From assembly GCA_002269645.1 (NCBI GenBank), contig NIVC01001194.1, positions 248,001 through 312,000 on the forward strand: DNA of 64,000 bases. Reading direction: 5' to 3'. The translations under genes and the position numbers were made by a program. This stretch comes from Macrostomum lignano. Taxonomy: Eukaryota. The stretch's first letter is position 1. Each line of letters starts with the position of its first letter. Of the stretch, positions 24,326-35,780 are shown piece by piece. The notes beneath the pieces are model-generated. The model made no database searches. It had not been told where the DNA came from and saw only the letters and a list, made by a program, of their open reading frames with translations.

Positions 24326-24845
24326 GTACGATTTGCGTTACCGTGACCAGAATCGCTAAAGAGTCGCTGCGACTCTTGTGAGTTTTTTAACGACTCAAAC
24401 GACTGTAATTGCGACAGAGAGGTTTCTGCTAACTCAAGTAGACTAAATAGAGTTGTTATAAATGCGAAATGCGATTTCTGATTCAAATTCGAACTCTGGC
24501 GCGCCTCAATTACGACTCCACGGCCCCAGAGTAGTTACAGAGTCGCAGGCAATAAAACACGTCAAATTGACTCTTAGGTGACTCTTTGGCGCAATACCAT
24601 GCGCAACACCCGGCATATAATAGACATATTACTAATTAGATGACGAGGCATTTAGCCTTATTAATACAGTCATAGTTACTCCACTGTTTACCTGAAAATG
24701 TTAATTCTTGCTTAGGTTTATCATAAGGTAAGTCGCATGGCCGATGTACACCAGGGGGTTTGCGCATGTATGTAGCTGTGTTACCTGCAACAACTCTGGG
24801 ATGCTTCTTGGCCCAGTAAAGTTTTCATCGCATCCCAACCCGCAG

Positions 24846-25439
24846 ATTGTGATCTACAAGCGATTCAAAGATTTCCAGCGGCTTCACCGCCTGCTGTCGG
24901 ACCTGCACACCAAACTGCAGCGCCGGGACCGTTTCCCCCCTCTGCCGGAAGTCGCCTACTTCAATCGATTCGAGCCGGAAGTGATCGAATCTCGGCGGAA
25001 AGCTGCCGAATTGGCGTTGCAGTTTTGCGCCGATCAGCCGCATCTGCGCCAGCACTCCGCGTTTCAAGCGTTTTTTCAGTCCGGCGTTCGCACCGCTGGC
25101 CCGCCGACGCCGGCGCAGGCTTCGTTGACTTCGGCGTCACCGGCACCAGCAGTTTATGAACCGATGCGGCCAGTCGTTCCGGAAGCTTCTCCGCTGTCGA
25201 CGTTCTCGTCGCCTGACGAGGAGCAGCCGCCTCCGGCTTATACTCGATCTGTGAGCGGCACATCCGGTCACAGCGGCCTGCCGGATGTGTCGGAGTTCGA
25301 TCCGTTTGTCGTCGGAGGCCCAGCGACAGCCGCCGGCGCCACCGCCGCCCCTGCCGAAGCCGCTACCGACGTAGCCGCCGCAAACCCGACAGCATCATCA
25401 AATATGAGCGCGGATTTGCTGCTCACGCTGCATTCAGAT
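24846..25439 (+). CDS. RPS6KC1: RPS6KC1-like exon 2 (PX domain core)
   Basis: IVIYKRFKDFQRLH...FPPLP...RFEPEVIESRR; phase 0 at both ends; donor gtgagt at 25440. Confidence 0.9.
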
Positions 25440-25494
25440 GTGAGTTGTACGAGTCCGGCTGCTCAGACTGAGTACCGGATGAGTCTGGCACCTG

Positions 25495-25830
25495 ATTCTG
25501 TAAACTGGCACCGGATTTCTGTAAACTGGCATCCCGATTCTGTAAACTGGCACCGAATTCTGTAAACTGGCATCCCGATTCCATAAACTGGCATCCCGAT
25601 TCTTTGAACTGGCATCTCGATTCCATAAACTGGCACCCCGATTCCATAAACTGGCATCCCGATTCTATAAACTGGCATCCCGATTCTTTGAACTGGCATC
25701 TCGATTCCATAAACTGGCACCCCGATTCCATAAACTGGCACCCCGATTCCATAAACTGGCATCCCGGTTCTGTTAACTGACACTCTGATTCTATAAACTG
25801 GCACTCCAGTTCTGAAAACTGGCACCCCAA
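25495..25830. repeat. Intronic 21-bp tandem array (TTCCATAAACTGGCATCCCGA)
   Basis: Directly visible. Confidence 0.95.
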
Positions 25831-25888
25831 ATTCAAAGCTGCTACGATTCAAAACTGTCATTCATAATTGCCAATCCTAAACCGTCAG

Positions 25889-26347
25889 CAGACACCCACT
25901 GAGCTGGAAGACGAGATGCTGATGTCGCGGCTGCACTCGTTGAAAGTAGTCAGCAGTTTTGAAGATGCCGATGCCACAGACGGACAGTCTGGAGTTGACG
26001 AAGCCGCTGTGTTCGGCCTTCCGCCCGCGCCTCCGCCTCTGTCGGGCACTGAGCAGCCGATCTCGCCGCTGTACGGCACCAGCGGCGGCGGCGGCTGGCC
26101 TCCGACACCTGCCGTCCCGCCTTACCTGGCCGAGGCCGCCAGTCACGTGACCGAGGCGCAGCGTCACGAATCTGCGGGCGATTTCGCTCTGGCATTCGCC
26201 GAATACAAAGCCGGGGTTGAAGTCCTGCTCGGCGGGGTGCAGCTGGATTCGGACGCGGACAGGCGGTCCGATGTCAAGCGTAAGACGGAGCAGTACCTGC
26301 GCAGGGCCGAGGCCATCTACGACCGCTATCTGGACTCCGCGTCCGCT
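25889..26347 (+). CDS. RPS6KC1: RPS6KC1-like exon 3 (MIT domain)
   Basis: YLAEAASHVTEAQ...YKAGVEVLLGGVQ...RRSDVKRKTEQYLRRAE is a MIT domain; tandem cagcag acceptor (25889 or 25892); donor gtgagt at 26348. Confidence 0.9.
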
Positions 26348-26589
26348 GTGAGTAGTGAGTGCCGAGCCGGGAATATTTTTTTGTGCGCACTTTTCCGAGT
26401 TCGCCTACTGATAAGTAGAAAGTATAGGATGCGGCTCTGGTGAGGCAACCAGCTGTCGGAGTTTTAAAGGGATAGAAACCGGTTCTGGCAGAGTTACCTG
26501 GGCTCGATTCCACTTTTTCTTGCTGATAGTTAATATCGTGTACTGTGGATTGTGTAGAGTATACATTTGGGAGGTTGTCTGTACATTGG

Positions 26590-27345
26590 GATGAGTGTAC
26601 ATTGGAGAGAGCGTACATTGGGGAGGGAGTACATTTGAATGTGCATTGGGGAGAAAGTAAATTTGAGAGTGCACATTGAGGAGAGTACATTTGTGAGTGT
26701 ATATTGAGGAGAGTACATTTGTGAGTGCACATTGAGGAGAGTACATTTGTGAGTGCACATTGAGGAGAGTACATTTGTGAGTGTATATTGAGGAGAGTAC
26801 ATTTGTGAGTGCACATTGAGGAGAGTACATTTGTGAGTGTACAGTGAGGAGAGTACATTTGTGAGTGTACAGTGAGGAGAGTACATTTGTGAGTGTATAT
26901 TGAGGAGAGTACATTTGTGAGTGTATATTGAGGAGAGTACATTTGAGAGTGTACAGTGAGGAGAGTACATTTGTGAGTGTGCAGTGAGGAGAGTACATTT
27001 GTGAGTGTATATTGAGGAGAGTACATTTGTGAGTGCACATTGAGGAGAGTACATTTGTGAGTGTACAGTGAGGAGAGTACATTTGTGAGTGTACAGTGAG
27101 GAGAGTACATTTGTGAGTGTACAGTGAGGAGAGTACATTTGTGAGTGTATATTGAGGAGAGTACATTTGTGAGTGTATATTGAGGAGAGTACATTTGAGA
27201 GTGTACAGTGAGGAGAGTACATTTTTGAGTGTACAGTGAGGAGAGTACATTTGTGAGTGTACAGTGAGGAGAGTACATTTGTGAGTGTATATTGAGGAGA
27301 GTACATTTGTGAGTGTATATTGAGGAGAGTACATTTGAGAGTGTA
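26590..27345. repeat. Intronic 28-bp tandem array (GTACATTTGTGAGTGTATATTGAGGAGA)
   Basis: Directly visible. Confidence 0.97.
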
Positions 27346-27369
27346 CTTTAGCTAGAGAGTAAATTTAAG

Positions 27370-27710
27370 GGTGTACATTGGGTTGAAAGTGCATTCGAGT
27401 GTACATAAGGAGAGCGTATATTTGAGGGTGTACATTGGGGAGAGGGTAGATTTGAGGGTGTACATTGGGGAGAGAGTAGATTTGAGGGTGTACATTGGGG
27501 AGAGAGTAGATTTGAGGGTGTACATTGGGGAGAGAGTAGATTTGAGGGTGTACATTGGGGAGAGAGTAGATTTGAGGGTGTACATTGGGGAGAGAGTAGA
27601 TTTGAGGGTGTACATTGGGGAGAGAGTAGATTTGAGGGTGTACATTAGGGAGAGAGTAGATTTGAGGGTGTACATTGGTGAGAGAGTAGATTTGAGGGTG
27701 TACATTGGTG
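27370..27710. repeat. Intronic 30-bp tandem array (TTTGAGGGTGTACATTGGGGAGAGAGTAGA)
   Basis: Directly visible; related to the adjacent 28-bp unit. Confidence 0.97.
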
Positions 27711-27953
27711 GTTTACTTTTGTGAAGTGTACACTAAACGTGTACATTGGTGAGGATGTACATTTTAGTATAGGGAGAATTGTGACTCCGCAAACTGTGGA
27801 AGAAGTGCTATGCAAATTATAGCAAAGGCATTTAAATTCAAAGCATTTAAAGCATTCGCTACTGTGTGTGATCTGTTTCTTCTTTAAAAGAACTCTTTCT
27901 GCATGGCTGCTATTACTGTATTATACCTGTCCATCTCTCTCCAAAACTTCCAG

Positions 27954-28070
27954 GCGGTCCAAAAGATCACCAGGCCCCATAGAGAACTTCATCACTACTC
28001 AGTCATTGGCACAATCGGATCCGTCATTCTAGTCATTAATAAGTTTAGCCAGCAAAGATTTATCATTAAG
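27954..28070 (+). CDS. RPS6KC1: RPS6KC1-like exon 4 (start of kinase-like N-lobe)
   Basis: ELHHYSVIGTIGSVILVINKFSQQRFIIK resembles ELKAFRVLGVIDKVLLVMDTRTEQTFILK; ccag acceptor, gtgagg donor, phase 0. Confidence 0.85.
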
Positions 28071-28194
28071 GTGAGGCTTGTTCAATTATTAATCATTTTG
28101 CACGACTTAATAGACACCATGAAGTGCGGTGAGAGGTATAGAGACACGTAGGAGAGTGAAAAGAGATATGGTGAGACTTCGAGAGCTGTCGGAG

Positions 28195-28720
28195 ATAATG
28201 AGAAGTAGATAGTCTGGGAGATGGTGAGAGGTGGATAGCCTTAAGGATGGAGAGAAGTAGATAGCCTGGAAGATGAGAAGTACATAGTCTGGGAGATGAG
28301 AAGTAGATAGCTTGGGAAATGAGAATTAGATAGCCTAGGTGATAGTGAGAAGTAGATAGCCTGGGAGATGGTGAGAGGTAGATAGCCTGGGAGATGAGAA
28401 TTAGATAGCCTAGGTGATATTGAGAAGTAGATATCCTGGAAGATGAGAAGTAGACAGCCTGGGAAATGAGAAGTAGACAGCCTGGGAAATGAGAAGTAGA
28501 TAGCCTGGGAGATGGTGAGAGGTAGATAGCCTGGGAGATGAGTATTAGATAGCCTAGGTGATAGTGAAAAGTAGATAGCCTGGAAGATGAGAAGTAGACA
28601 GCCTGGGAAATGAGAAGTAGATAGCCTGGGAAATGAGAAGTAGATAGTTTGGGTGATAGTGAGAAGTAGATAGCCTGGGTGATAGTGAGTAGTAGATAGT
28701 CTGGGAGATGTTGAGAGATA
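28195..28720. repeat. Intronic ~23-27-bp tandem array (GAGAAGTAGATAGCCTGGGAGAT)
   Basis: Directly visible. Confidence 0.93.
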
Positions 28721-28823
28721 GACAGCATCGTGGGAGCTAGTGAGAGGTCGGGAGGCTGGTGGAGGATGAAGCCAAGAGGCGGAGACAGGGACAGGTAGCC
28801 CAGCATACCCCTAACCCCCTCAG

Positions 28824-29370
28824 AGCGTGTGCAAGTCGGCATGCGACATGAGCGGTTTCCCATTGGACGTGGCTTTCATGTGCCGCCTTCGCGCTGTGTT
28901 TGTCTCGGACTGGACGCAGTACCTGCTGCTGGACCAGGTGCCGGGAGGACAGCTGTACACCTTTGTGAGGCGGCATCGACCAGCTGTGAATGAATGCAAC
29001 TGCTGTTGCTGCTGCTGCTGCTCTTCTAATTCCTCTGCCGATGTCGGCGATCTCGAGCTGCTTCGAAAAGTCAGCGAAGACGGCGAGCTTGTGCGCGTGT
29101 TTCACTCGGTCCCGTCGCGGGTGCCGGCGCCGGCGCCTTGCCAGCAGCCCGAACTGGCAGGCGTGCTGAAGGATCAGTTGAAGGTCAAGCCAGCAGCACT
29201 GGGACCAGATTCTTCCGTTTGCGATCAGTCTTATGCTCAGCTTTTTCGCGACTATTATGGATCTGAAACTGCTACTGCTGCTACTACTGATAGTAGCTGT
29301 GAGAATGCTGGCGCAAGCTCGACTTCTTTTGTTGAAATTGGCGGAGCGGCTGTTGATAGCAGCAAGGATG
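28824..29370 (+). CDS. RPS6KC1: RPS6KC1-like exon 5 (N-lobe plus kinase insert)
   Basis: YLLLDQVPGGQLYTFV resembles FLVLQHAEGGKLWSYI; ctcag acceptor; donor G|gtgaga at 29371, phase 1. Confidence 0.85.
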
Positions 29371-29409
29371 GTGAGAGAAGCTGCTTGGTTTTAGATTTTT
29401 CTTAGGAGG

Positions 29410-29700
29410 ACTTGTTAGAGGTGACCCTTTTCCGTTGTCAAGGATGCGACTATTGTTGTTAGGGCCGCCGTTAGTCGGTTTTCGCTGTTATTTGGTTGTT
29501 AGAGGCGCCATTACTCGGCTGTCAAGGACGCTGTTATTCGGTTGTTAGGGGCGCCCTTATTTGTCAAGGCAGCTATTGTTTTTTTGTTAGGGGGGCATTA
29601 CTCGGTTGTCAAGGACGCTACTCGTATTAATCGGGTTGTTAGAGGCTAAATGTATGTCTTTAAGAAGCGCCATTTTGTGGTTGTCAAGGTCACTATTTTG
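29410..29700. repeat. Degenerate intronic tandem repeat (TTGTTAGAGGCGCC...TTGTCAAGG motifs)
   Basis: Recurrent motifs visible; unit poorly conserved. Confidence 0.6.
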
Positions 29701-29765
29701 GTTGTTGGGGAGGTAGAAAATGAAAAAAATTTAGTACTCATCCTCGCACGCCCGCCAACACACAG

Positions 29766-30241
29766 TGGACTCTGACGACGGCTTACGGAGGTCAGTGGAC
29801 ACCGCCAACCCCGCCTCAAGCCTCGGTAATCCTCAAAACTCTTCCCAGCAACAGCAACAGAAGCATCCCGGAGGCTGCTACAGAGGCCGAGCTCTGTCCT
29901 CAGTGTTCGCTCAGATTGTGGACTCCGTGCTTCAGCAATCTCACCGGCAGCAGCAGCAGCAACAGAAACTGCAACAACTGCCAGAGCTGCCGACGGCCGC
30001 CCTGCCGGAGTCCTGCGTCAGGCAGTGGGGCGCCGAGCTGCTCACCTGCTTGGCTCAGCTGCATTCGCGCGGACTGTACTTTGGCTGCCTGCTGCCGGGC
30101 GATGTACTGCTCGGCGACCGGGGTCACCTCAGGCTGACCTATCGGTTTAGGCGGACTCGCCTCGCGCAGGCGCTCAGGGCCAGTCCGTATTGCGCGCCAG
30201 AATGGCGCCTCTGTCCCGACGCCACTCCGGCTAGGCCGCAG
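29766..30241 (+). CDS. RPS6KC1: RPS6KC1-like exon 6 (pseudokinase C-lobe)
   Basis: LPESCVRQWGAELL...LHSRG...GDRGHLRLTY...YCAPE resembles IPEGCIQRWAAEMV...DRGHIQLTY...YCAPE; phase 1 in, phase 0 out. Confidence 0.9.
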
Positions 30242-30299
30242 GTGAATTAATGGCAGGAGGTCACTGGTTGTAGGGGGGGGGGTTCATTGACTTTTTCTG

Positions 30300-31005
30300 A
30301 AGTGAGCTGTCTTGATTATGGGGGTCACTGATCCTCTCTTTGTAGTGTCTTGATTATGGGGGTCACTGATCCTCTCTTTGCAGTGTCTTGGTTATGGGGG
30401 TCACTGACCCTCTTTGCAGTGTCTTGGTTATGGGGGTCACCGATCCTCTCTTTGCAGTGCCTTGGTTATGGGGATCACTGAACCTCTTTGCAGTGTCTTG
30501 GTTATGGGGGCGGGGTCACTGACCCTCTTTGCAGTGTCTTGGTTATGGGGGTCACTGACCCTCTCTTTGCAGTGTCTTGGTTATGGGAGTCACTGATCCT
30601 CTCTTTGCAGTGTCTTGATTATGGGGGTCACTGACCCTCTCTTTGCAGTGTCTTGATTATGGGGGTCACTGACCCTCTCTTTGCAGTGTCTTGATTATGG
30701 GGGTCAACGATCCACTCTTTGCAGTGTCTTGATTAGGGGGGCGGGGTCACTGACCCTCTTTGCAGTGTCTTGATTATGGGGGGTCACTGACCCTCTTTGC
30801 ATTTGCAGTGTCTTGGTTATGGGGGGTCACTGACCCTCTTTGCATTTGCAGTGTCTTGGTTATGGGGGGTCACTGACCCTCTTTGCATTTGCAGTGTCTT
30901 GGTTATGGGGGTCACTGACCCTCTTTGCTGTGTCTTGGTTATGGGGGTCAATGACCCTCTTTGCATTTGCAGTGTCTTGTTTATGGGGGGGGTCACTGAC
31001 CCTCT
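30300..31005. repeat. Intronic ~37-44-bp tandem array (TTGCAGTGTCTTGGTTATGGGGGTCACTGACCCTCTCT)
   Basis: Directly visible. Confidence 0.95.
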
Positions 31006-31103
31006 TGTCATCACTAAGTTAGGTACCCGCGTTTGTATATTTGATCGAAAAAATAGCTCATCAGGTACGGTGTCAAAGAAGGTCGCCAATACCCTCTTCG
31101 CAG

Positions 31104-31355
31104 GTTGGCGACTGGTGGAGTCTGGGCTGCCACCTGCTGCTAATGCTCACCGGTGACTGCGTCTGCCGGGCCGTCCGGCCGCCGCCTCCCCTGCCCGACT
31201 GGCTGAGCGCCGAAGCCCGCGACCTCCTCAGCCAGCTGCTGTGCCCGGAGCCGCGGCATCGCCTGGGCGGCGGCTCGCCAGGACCGGACGAGATTCGACA
31301 GCACGCCTTCTTTCGGGGTGTTGATTGGCGAGGACTGGGGGCAAAGGCGTTTTGA
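31104..31355 (+). CDS. RPS6KC1: RPS6KC1-like exon 7 (terminal)
   Basis: DWWSLG...LSAEARDLLSQLL...RLGGG...EIRQHAFFRGVDW; total ~870 aa. Confidence 0.92.
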   Translation, partial: VGDWWSLGCHLLLMLTGDCVCRAVRPPPPLPDWLSAEARDLLSQLLCPEPRHRLGGGSPGPDEIRQHAFFRGVDWRGLGAKAF

Positions 31356-31419
31356 GATGGCTGCGGGTGTTCGGGTTATTGATCCAAGCTGGGCTGCGAT
31401 TGGGTGGCTCATGGGATCG

Positions 31420-32350
31420 ATAATTATTGTTAATAAAAATAGTATCGATAGTTATTGTTAATAGGGTAGATAACTATTATCGACAGTATCGAAAACTGTT
31501 GTTAATAGTATCGATAATTATTGTTGACAGTATCGATAACTATTGTTGATAGTATCGATAAATATTGTTGAGAGTATCGATAATTATTGTTGACAGTATC
31601 GATAACTATTGTTGATAGTATCGATAGCTATTGTTGACAGTATCGATAACTATTGTTGATAGTATCGATAACTATTGTTGATAGTATCGATAATTATTGT
31701 TGATGGTATCGATAACTATTGTTGACAGTATCGATAACTATTGTTGATAGTATCGATAACTATTGTTGATAGTATCGATAACTATTGTTTATAGTATCGA
31801 TAATTATTGTTGACAGTATCGATAACTATTGTTTATAGTATCGATAATTATTGTTGACAGTATCGATAACTATTGTTGATAGTATCGATAACTATTGTTG
31901 ATAGTATCGATAAATATTGTTTACAGTATCGATAATTATTGTTGATAGTATCGATAACTATTGTTGATAGTATCGATAACTATTGTTGACAGTATCGATA
32001 ATTATTGTTGACAGTATCGATAACTATTGTTGATAGTATCGATAACTATTGTTGATAGTATCGATAATTATTGTTGACAGTATCGATAACTTTTGTTAAT
32101 AGTATCGATAATTTTTGTTGATAGTATCGATAACTATTGTGGCAGTTTCGATAGCTTTTGGGACAGTATCGATAATTATTGTTTACAGTATCGATAATTG
32201 TTGATAATAATATAGATACTTATTGTTGATAGTATCGAAAATTAAAGTTAATAGTAACGATAATTACTGTTGATAACACTCATTTTTTTTAATTGTGTCG
32301 ATAATTATCGTTGATTGTATTAATACGGGTCTCGTAATTGCTGTTAATAG
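31420..32350. repeat. 22-bp tandem array (TATCGATAACTATTGTTGATAG) downstream of RPS6KC1
   Basis: Directly visible, decaying toward the 3' end. Confidence 0.96.
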
Positions 32351-33213
32351 TATCAATAATTAATGTTGATAGTATTAGTTATTATTGTTAATAGTATCGT
32401 TAATTATTGTTGACTGTTGAAATATTACCGCGATTATCGATACAATTTTTTATTACCGTTACGTCATTATCATAAATTATATTGCTGGTTCTGTCATTAA
32501 TTTTATTTTACAAGCCCCTCTAATAGTTACTGTCGCATTATCGAGACTAATACTTTCCGATATGCTGCCCTATAATTAACGATAAGCAAATTATTATTAT
32601 CGATGGCGTGTGCAAGCATAGCTTTGTCAAACTGGTTCGCTAAACCGCTACTGTTAGTCTTTCATGTGCTCGGATCCGTCATTCTCTAAATTAATAGCTA
32701 TCATTCTCGATAATAAAAATTACCTAATTTAATTGAATATCGTTAACTGTAGGGTTTTTTATTTTTTTGCGTCAGTATTATGTAATGAATAATTTTTACT
32801 GTTTCTTGGTACACTAAATACTACCACTATTGATAACGCTGGCAGTAAGTAGTATGCTGTCTGTCTGACTGACTCAAAACAATTATAAGATGTCGGTAAT
32901 TACTAAGTATTCTCGTGCCACAATTATCTGTAAATGATTCTGTGCATATTTTGCGGTGTATAAATATTTGCTTTCTTTGTCAAATCAAATCAAATCAAAT
33001 TATTCAGTGTGACATGTGCTCTGATTTACTGTTCTTCCAACTCAAAGTGCAATGCGCAACTTCTTGTCAATACATACAAGGACTACAAAACAGAGAGACA
33101 CTGGTGTCTGATACAGAGATCCGGTTTGCCGAAACTTCAAATGACAAATATCTCTTTTCATTAGTTAGGCATTTTCTTACTTACTGGTTACCTCAGCTAT
33201 TGACGTTTTTCGA

Positions 33214-33394
33214 TCTGTCTGTCTGCCTGTCTGTCTGTCTGTCTGTCTGTCTGTTTTATCTGTCTGTCTGTCTGTCTACCTGTCTGTTTTATCTGTCTGT
33301 CTGTCTGCCTGCCTGTCTGTCTTAGTGTCTGTCTGTCTCTGTCTGTCTGTCTGTCTGCCTGTCTGTCTTAGTGTCTGTCTGTCTGTTTTATCTA

Positions 33395-33435
<41 letters not shown>

Positions 33436-33540
33436 TTATCTGTCTGTCTGTTTATCTGCCTGTCTGCCTGCCTGCCTGTCTGTTTATCTACTTGTCTGGC
33501 TGTCTGTCTGTCTGTGTGTCTGTGTCTGTCTGTCTGCTTG
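33214..33540. repeat. (TCTG)n microsatellite
   Basis: Directly visible. Confidence 0.97.
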
Positions 33541-34081
33541 TCAGCCCTCTATCTGTCCCTACATACGTAATATTTATTATTGTCCAAAATTACTAGCGCA
33601 AATTTAACCAGAGTTTGATAATTCTGTAACTACTCACCGATAGAACAATTGGTCTTTTGTGAGCAACGGGCTAGCTGTAATAGATACGGTTGTTATGTTC
33701 TGTAGTATGCCTCAAAAAAGTAGGGTAGAAGGGGATGGAGAACAAAAGATTCTGTAATCGATACTCTGTCTTAACATAAGTATCTGCTGTGTATTTTCAA
33801 CTGAATACAACACATAATCAACGCTAGAGTGTTGCATTAGTCTTTGCTATAGCAATTGTAGTATACTGTAGTGACGTGTTTTGCAGCTAAAAGTACAAAT
33901 AATTTAGGCAAGATTGGCTACTTGCAGCGACATTGGCTTTGACAAAAGTGCTCCGGGTTAATTGTAGTTGATTGTTGCCACTGCCGGGTCATAAAATCTG
34001 AAGTTTATTAAAAGGCCTCTTTTTAAATGCGTCGTGAAGGCCGCATCATGTGAATTACTGAGGAACTAAAAGTAAGACTCA

Positions 34082-34460
34082 AAGCCAGCACCCTCACTCC
34101 GCGTGGCTGTGCAGTCAGGCTGAATTACCATCCACCCCACTCCAATCCCTTCAGTAGCAAACCCCCAGCCTGATAAACCAGCACCCTCACTCCGCTTGGC
34201 TGTGCAGTCAGGCTGAATTACCATCCACCCCACTCCAATCCCTTCAGTAGCAAACCCCCAGCCTGATAAGCCAGCACCCTCACTCCGCGTGGCTGTGCAG
34301 TCAGGCTGAATTACCATCCACCCCATTCCAATCCCTTCAGTAGCAAACCCCCAGCCTGATAAGCCAGCACCCTCACTCCGCGTGGCTGTGCAGTCAGGCT
34401 GAATTACCATCCACCCCACTCCAATCCCTTCAGTAGCAAACCCCCAGCCTGATAAGCCAG
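34082..34460. repeat. 93-bp tandem repeat, about 4 near-identical copies
   Basis: CCAGCACC recurs at 34085, 34178 and 34271 (93-bp spacing). Confidence 0.95.
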
Positions 34461-34541
34461 CAACCTCACTTTACAATAACAGCCTACATGTAAATCGTTA
34501 CACCCTTTGAAGTGAATTAGTTACTTATTTCGCTCTCTGCA

Positions 34542-34683
34542 TTACTTCAAATTTAGCTTCAAAGAGGAAACATACTTGAATTCCATTAGTCTCTGGTTGC
34601 AATTCCTATTGCTGCAGACGTGCACTCGTGTCATAAACTTTCTGTGTATGTAGGGCAACAGAAAACCCAGGCCGAGAAGAAAA
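34542..34683 (-). CDS. LITAF-domain gene, exon 2
   Basis: Acceptor ttttgcag, phase 2; reads (P)FLLGLGFLLPYIHRKFMTRVHVCSNRNCNQRLMEFK; reads through to TAA at 34542 or splices at gtatgt (34575). Confidence 0.65.
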
Positions 34684-34786
34684 CTGCAAAAACGTTGGCA
34701 TTGTATTTCCTGTTTTTTTAGCTTTTCAAGCTATACTGCAGAGTGCACTCAATACAGCAGGCTAGCAATAGTAGTAGCTTACACGT

Positions 34787-34841
34787 TTGTCTGTCTGCCT
34801 GTCTGTATCTGTCTGTCTGCCTGTCTGTCTGCCTGTCTGCC

Positions 34842-34888
<47 letters not shown>

Positions 34889-34959
34889 GTCTGTCTGTCT
34901 GTCTGCCTGTCTGTCTGCCTGTCTGTCTGTCTGCCTGTCTGTCTGTCTGTCTGTCTGTA

Positions 34960-35008
<49 letters not shown>
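34787..35008. repeat. (TCTG)n microsatellite within LITAF-gene intron
   Basis: Directly visible. Confidence 0.97.
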
Positions 35009-35066
35009 CAGTGCTTGCACGCGGTCAAGCTTCATCACACAGTTGATGCTCTGCACAGCAACTCAC

Positions 35067-35206
35067 GGAAATGTGATGAAGCCGAGCAGCAGCGAGCAGA
35101 AGTCCTGGTACCAGCACACCTCAAGCTCAACATGCGACCCCGTGTTGCCGCACTGCGGGCAGATCAGCTGGTTGCAGCCCATGTCTTTCTTTACCAGGAT
35201 GCCCAT
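35067..35206 (-). CDS. LITAF-domain gene, exon 1
   Basis: ATG 35206: [46 protein letters not shown]; donor CC|gtgagt at 35066, phase 2. Confidence 0.68.
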
Positions 35207-35364
35207 TTTGTGTCTTTGAAATTATCAAGCCTATGTGTGCGAGTCGCCTGAGCCAACTACATGCTCGTGTTGTCTTATGAGTTGATTAAATAAATCACTT
35301 AGATAGTGCTGCTTCCAATAATGGCAATGCAGTCTCAAGTTCACCATAGACAAAATCAATATTT

Positions 35365-35396
35365 GATAGATAGATAGATAGATAGATAGCTACGAG

Positions 35397-35431
<35 letters not shown>

Positions 35432-35459
35432 CTACGAGTAGATAGATAGATAGATAGAT

Positions 35460-35490
<31 letters not shown>

Positions 35491-35518
35491 CTACGAGTAG
35501 ATAGATAGATAGATAGAT

Positions 35519-35556
<38 letters not shown>

Positions 35557-35596
35557 TAAAAATAGATGGATAGATAGACAGACAGACAGACAGGCC

Positions 35597-35661
<65 letters not shown>

Positions 35662-35700
35662 GGCAGGCAGACAGACAGACAGACAGGCAGACAGACAGAC

Positions 35701-35755
<55 letters not shown>

Positions 35756-35780
35756 GATAGATAGATAGACGGACAGACAG
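35365..35780. repeat. Compound (GATA)n/(GACA)n microsatellite
   Basis: Directly visible. Confidence 0.97.

Noticed and set aside
24345-24590. Cluster of about seven GAGTC/GACTC pentamers in RPS6KC1 intron 1 (possible MITE)
   Set aside because: No convincing TIR pair or TSD could be defined
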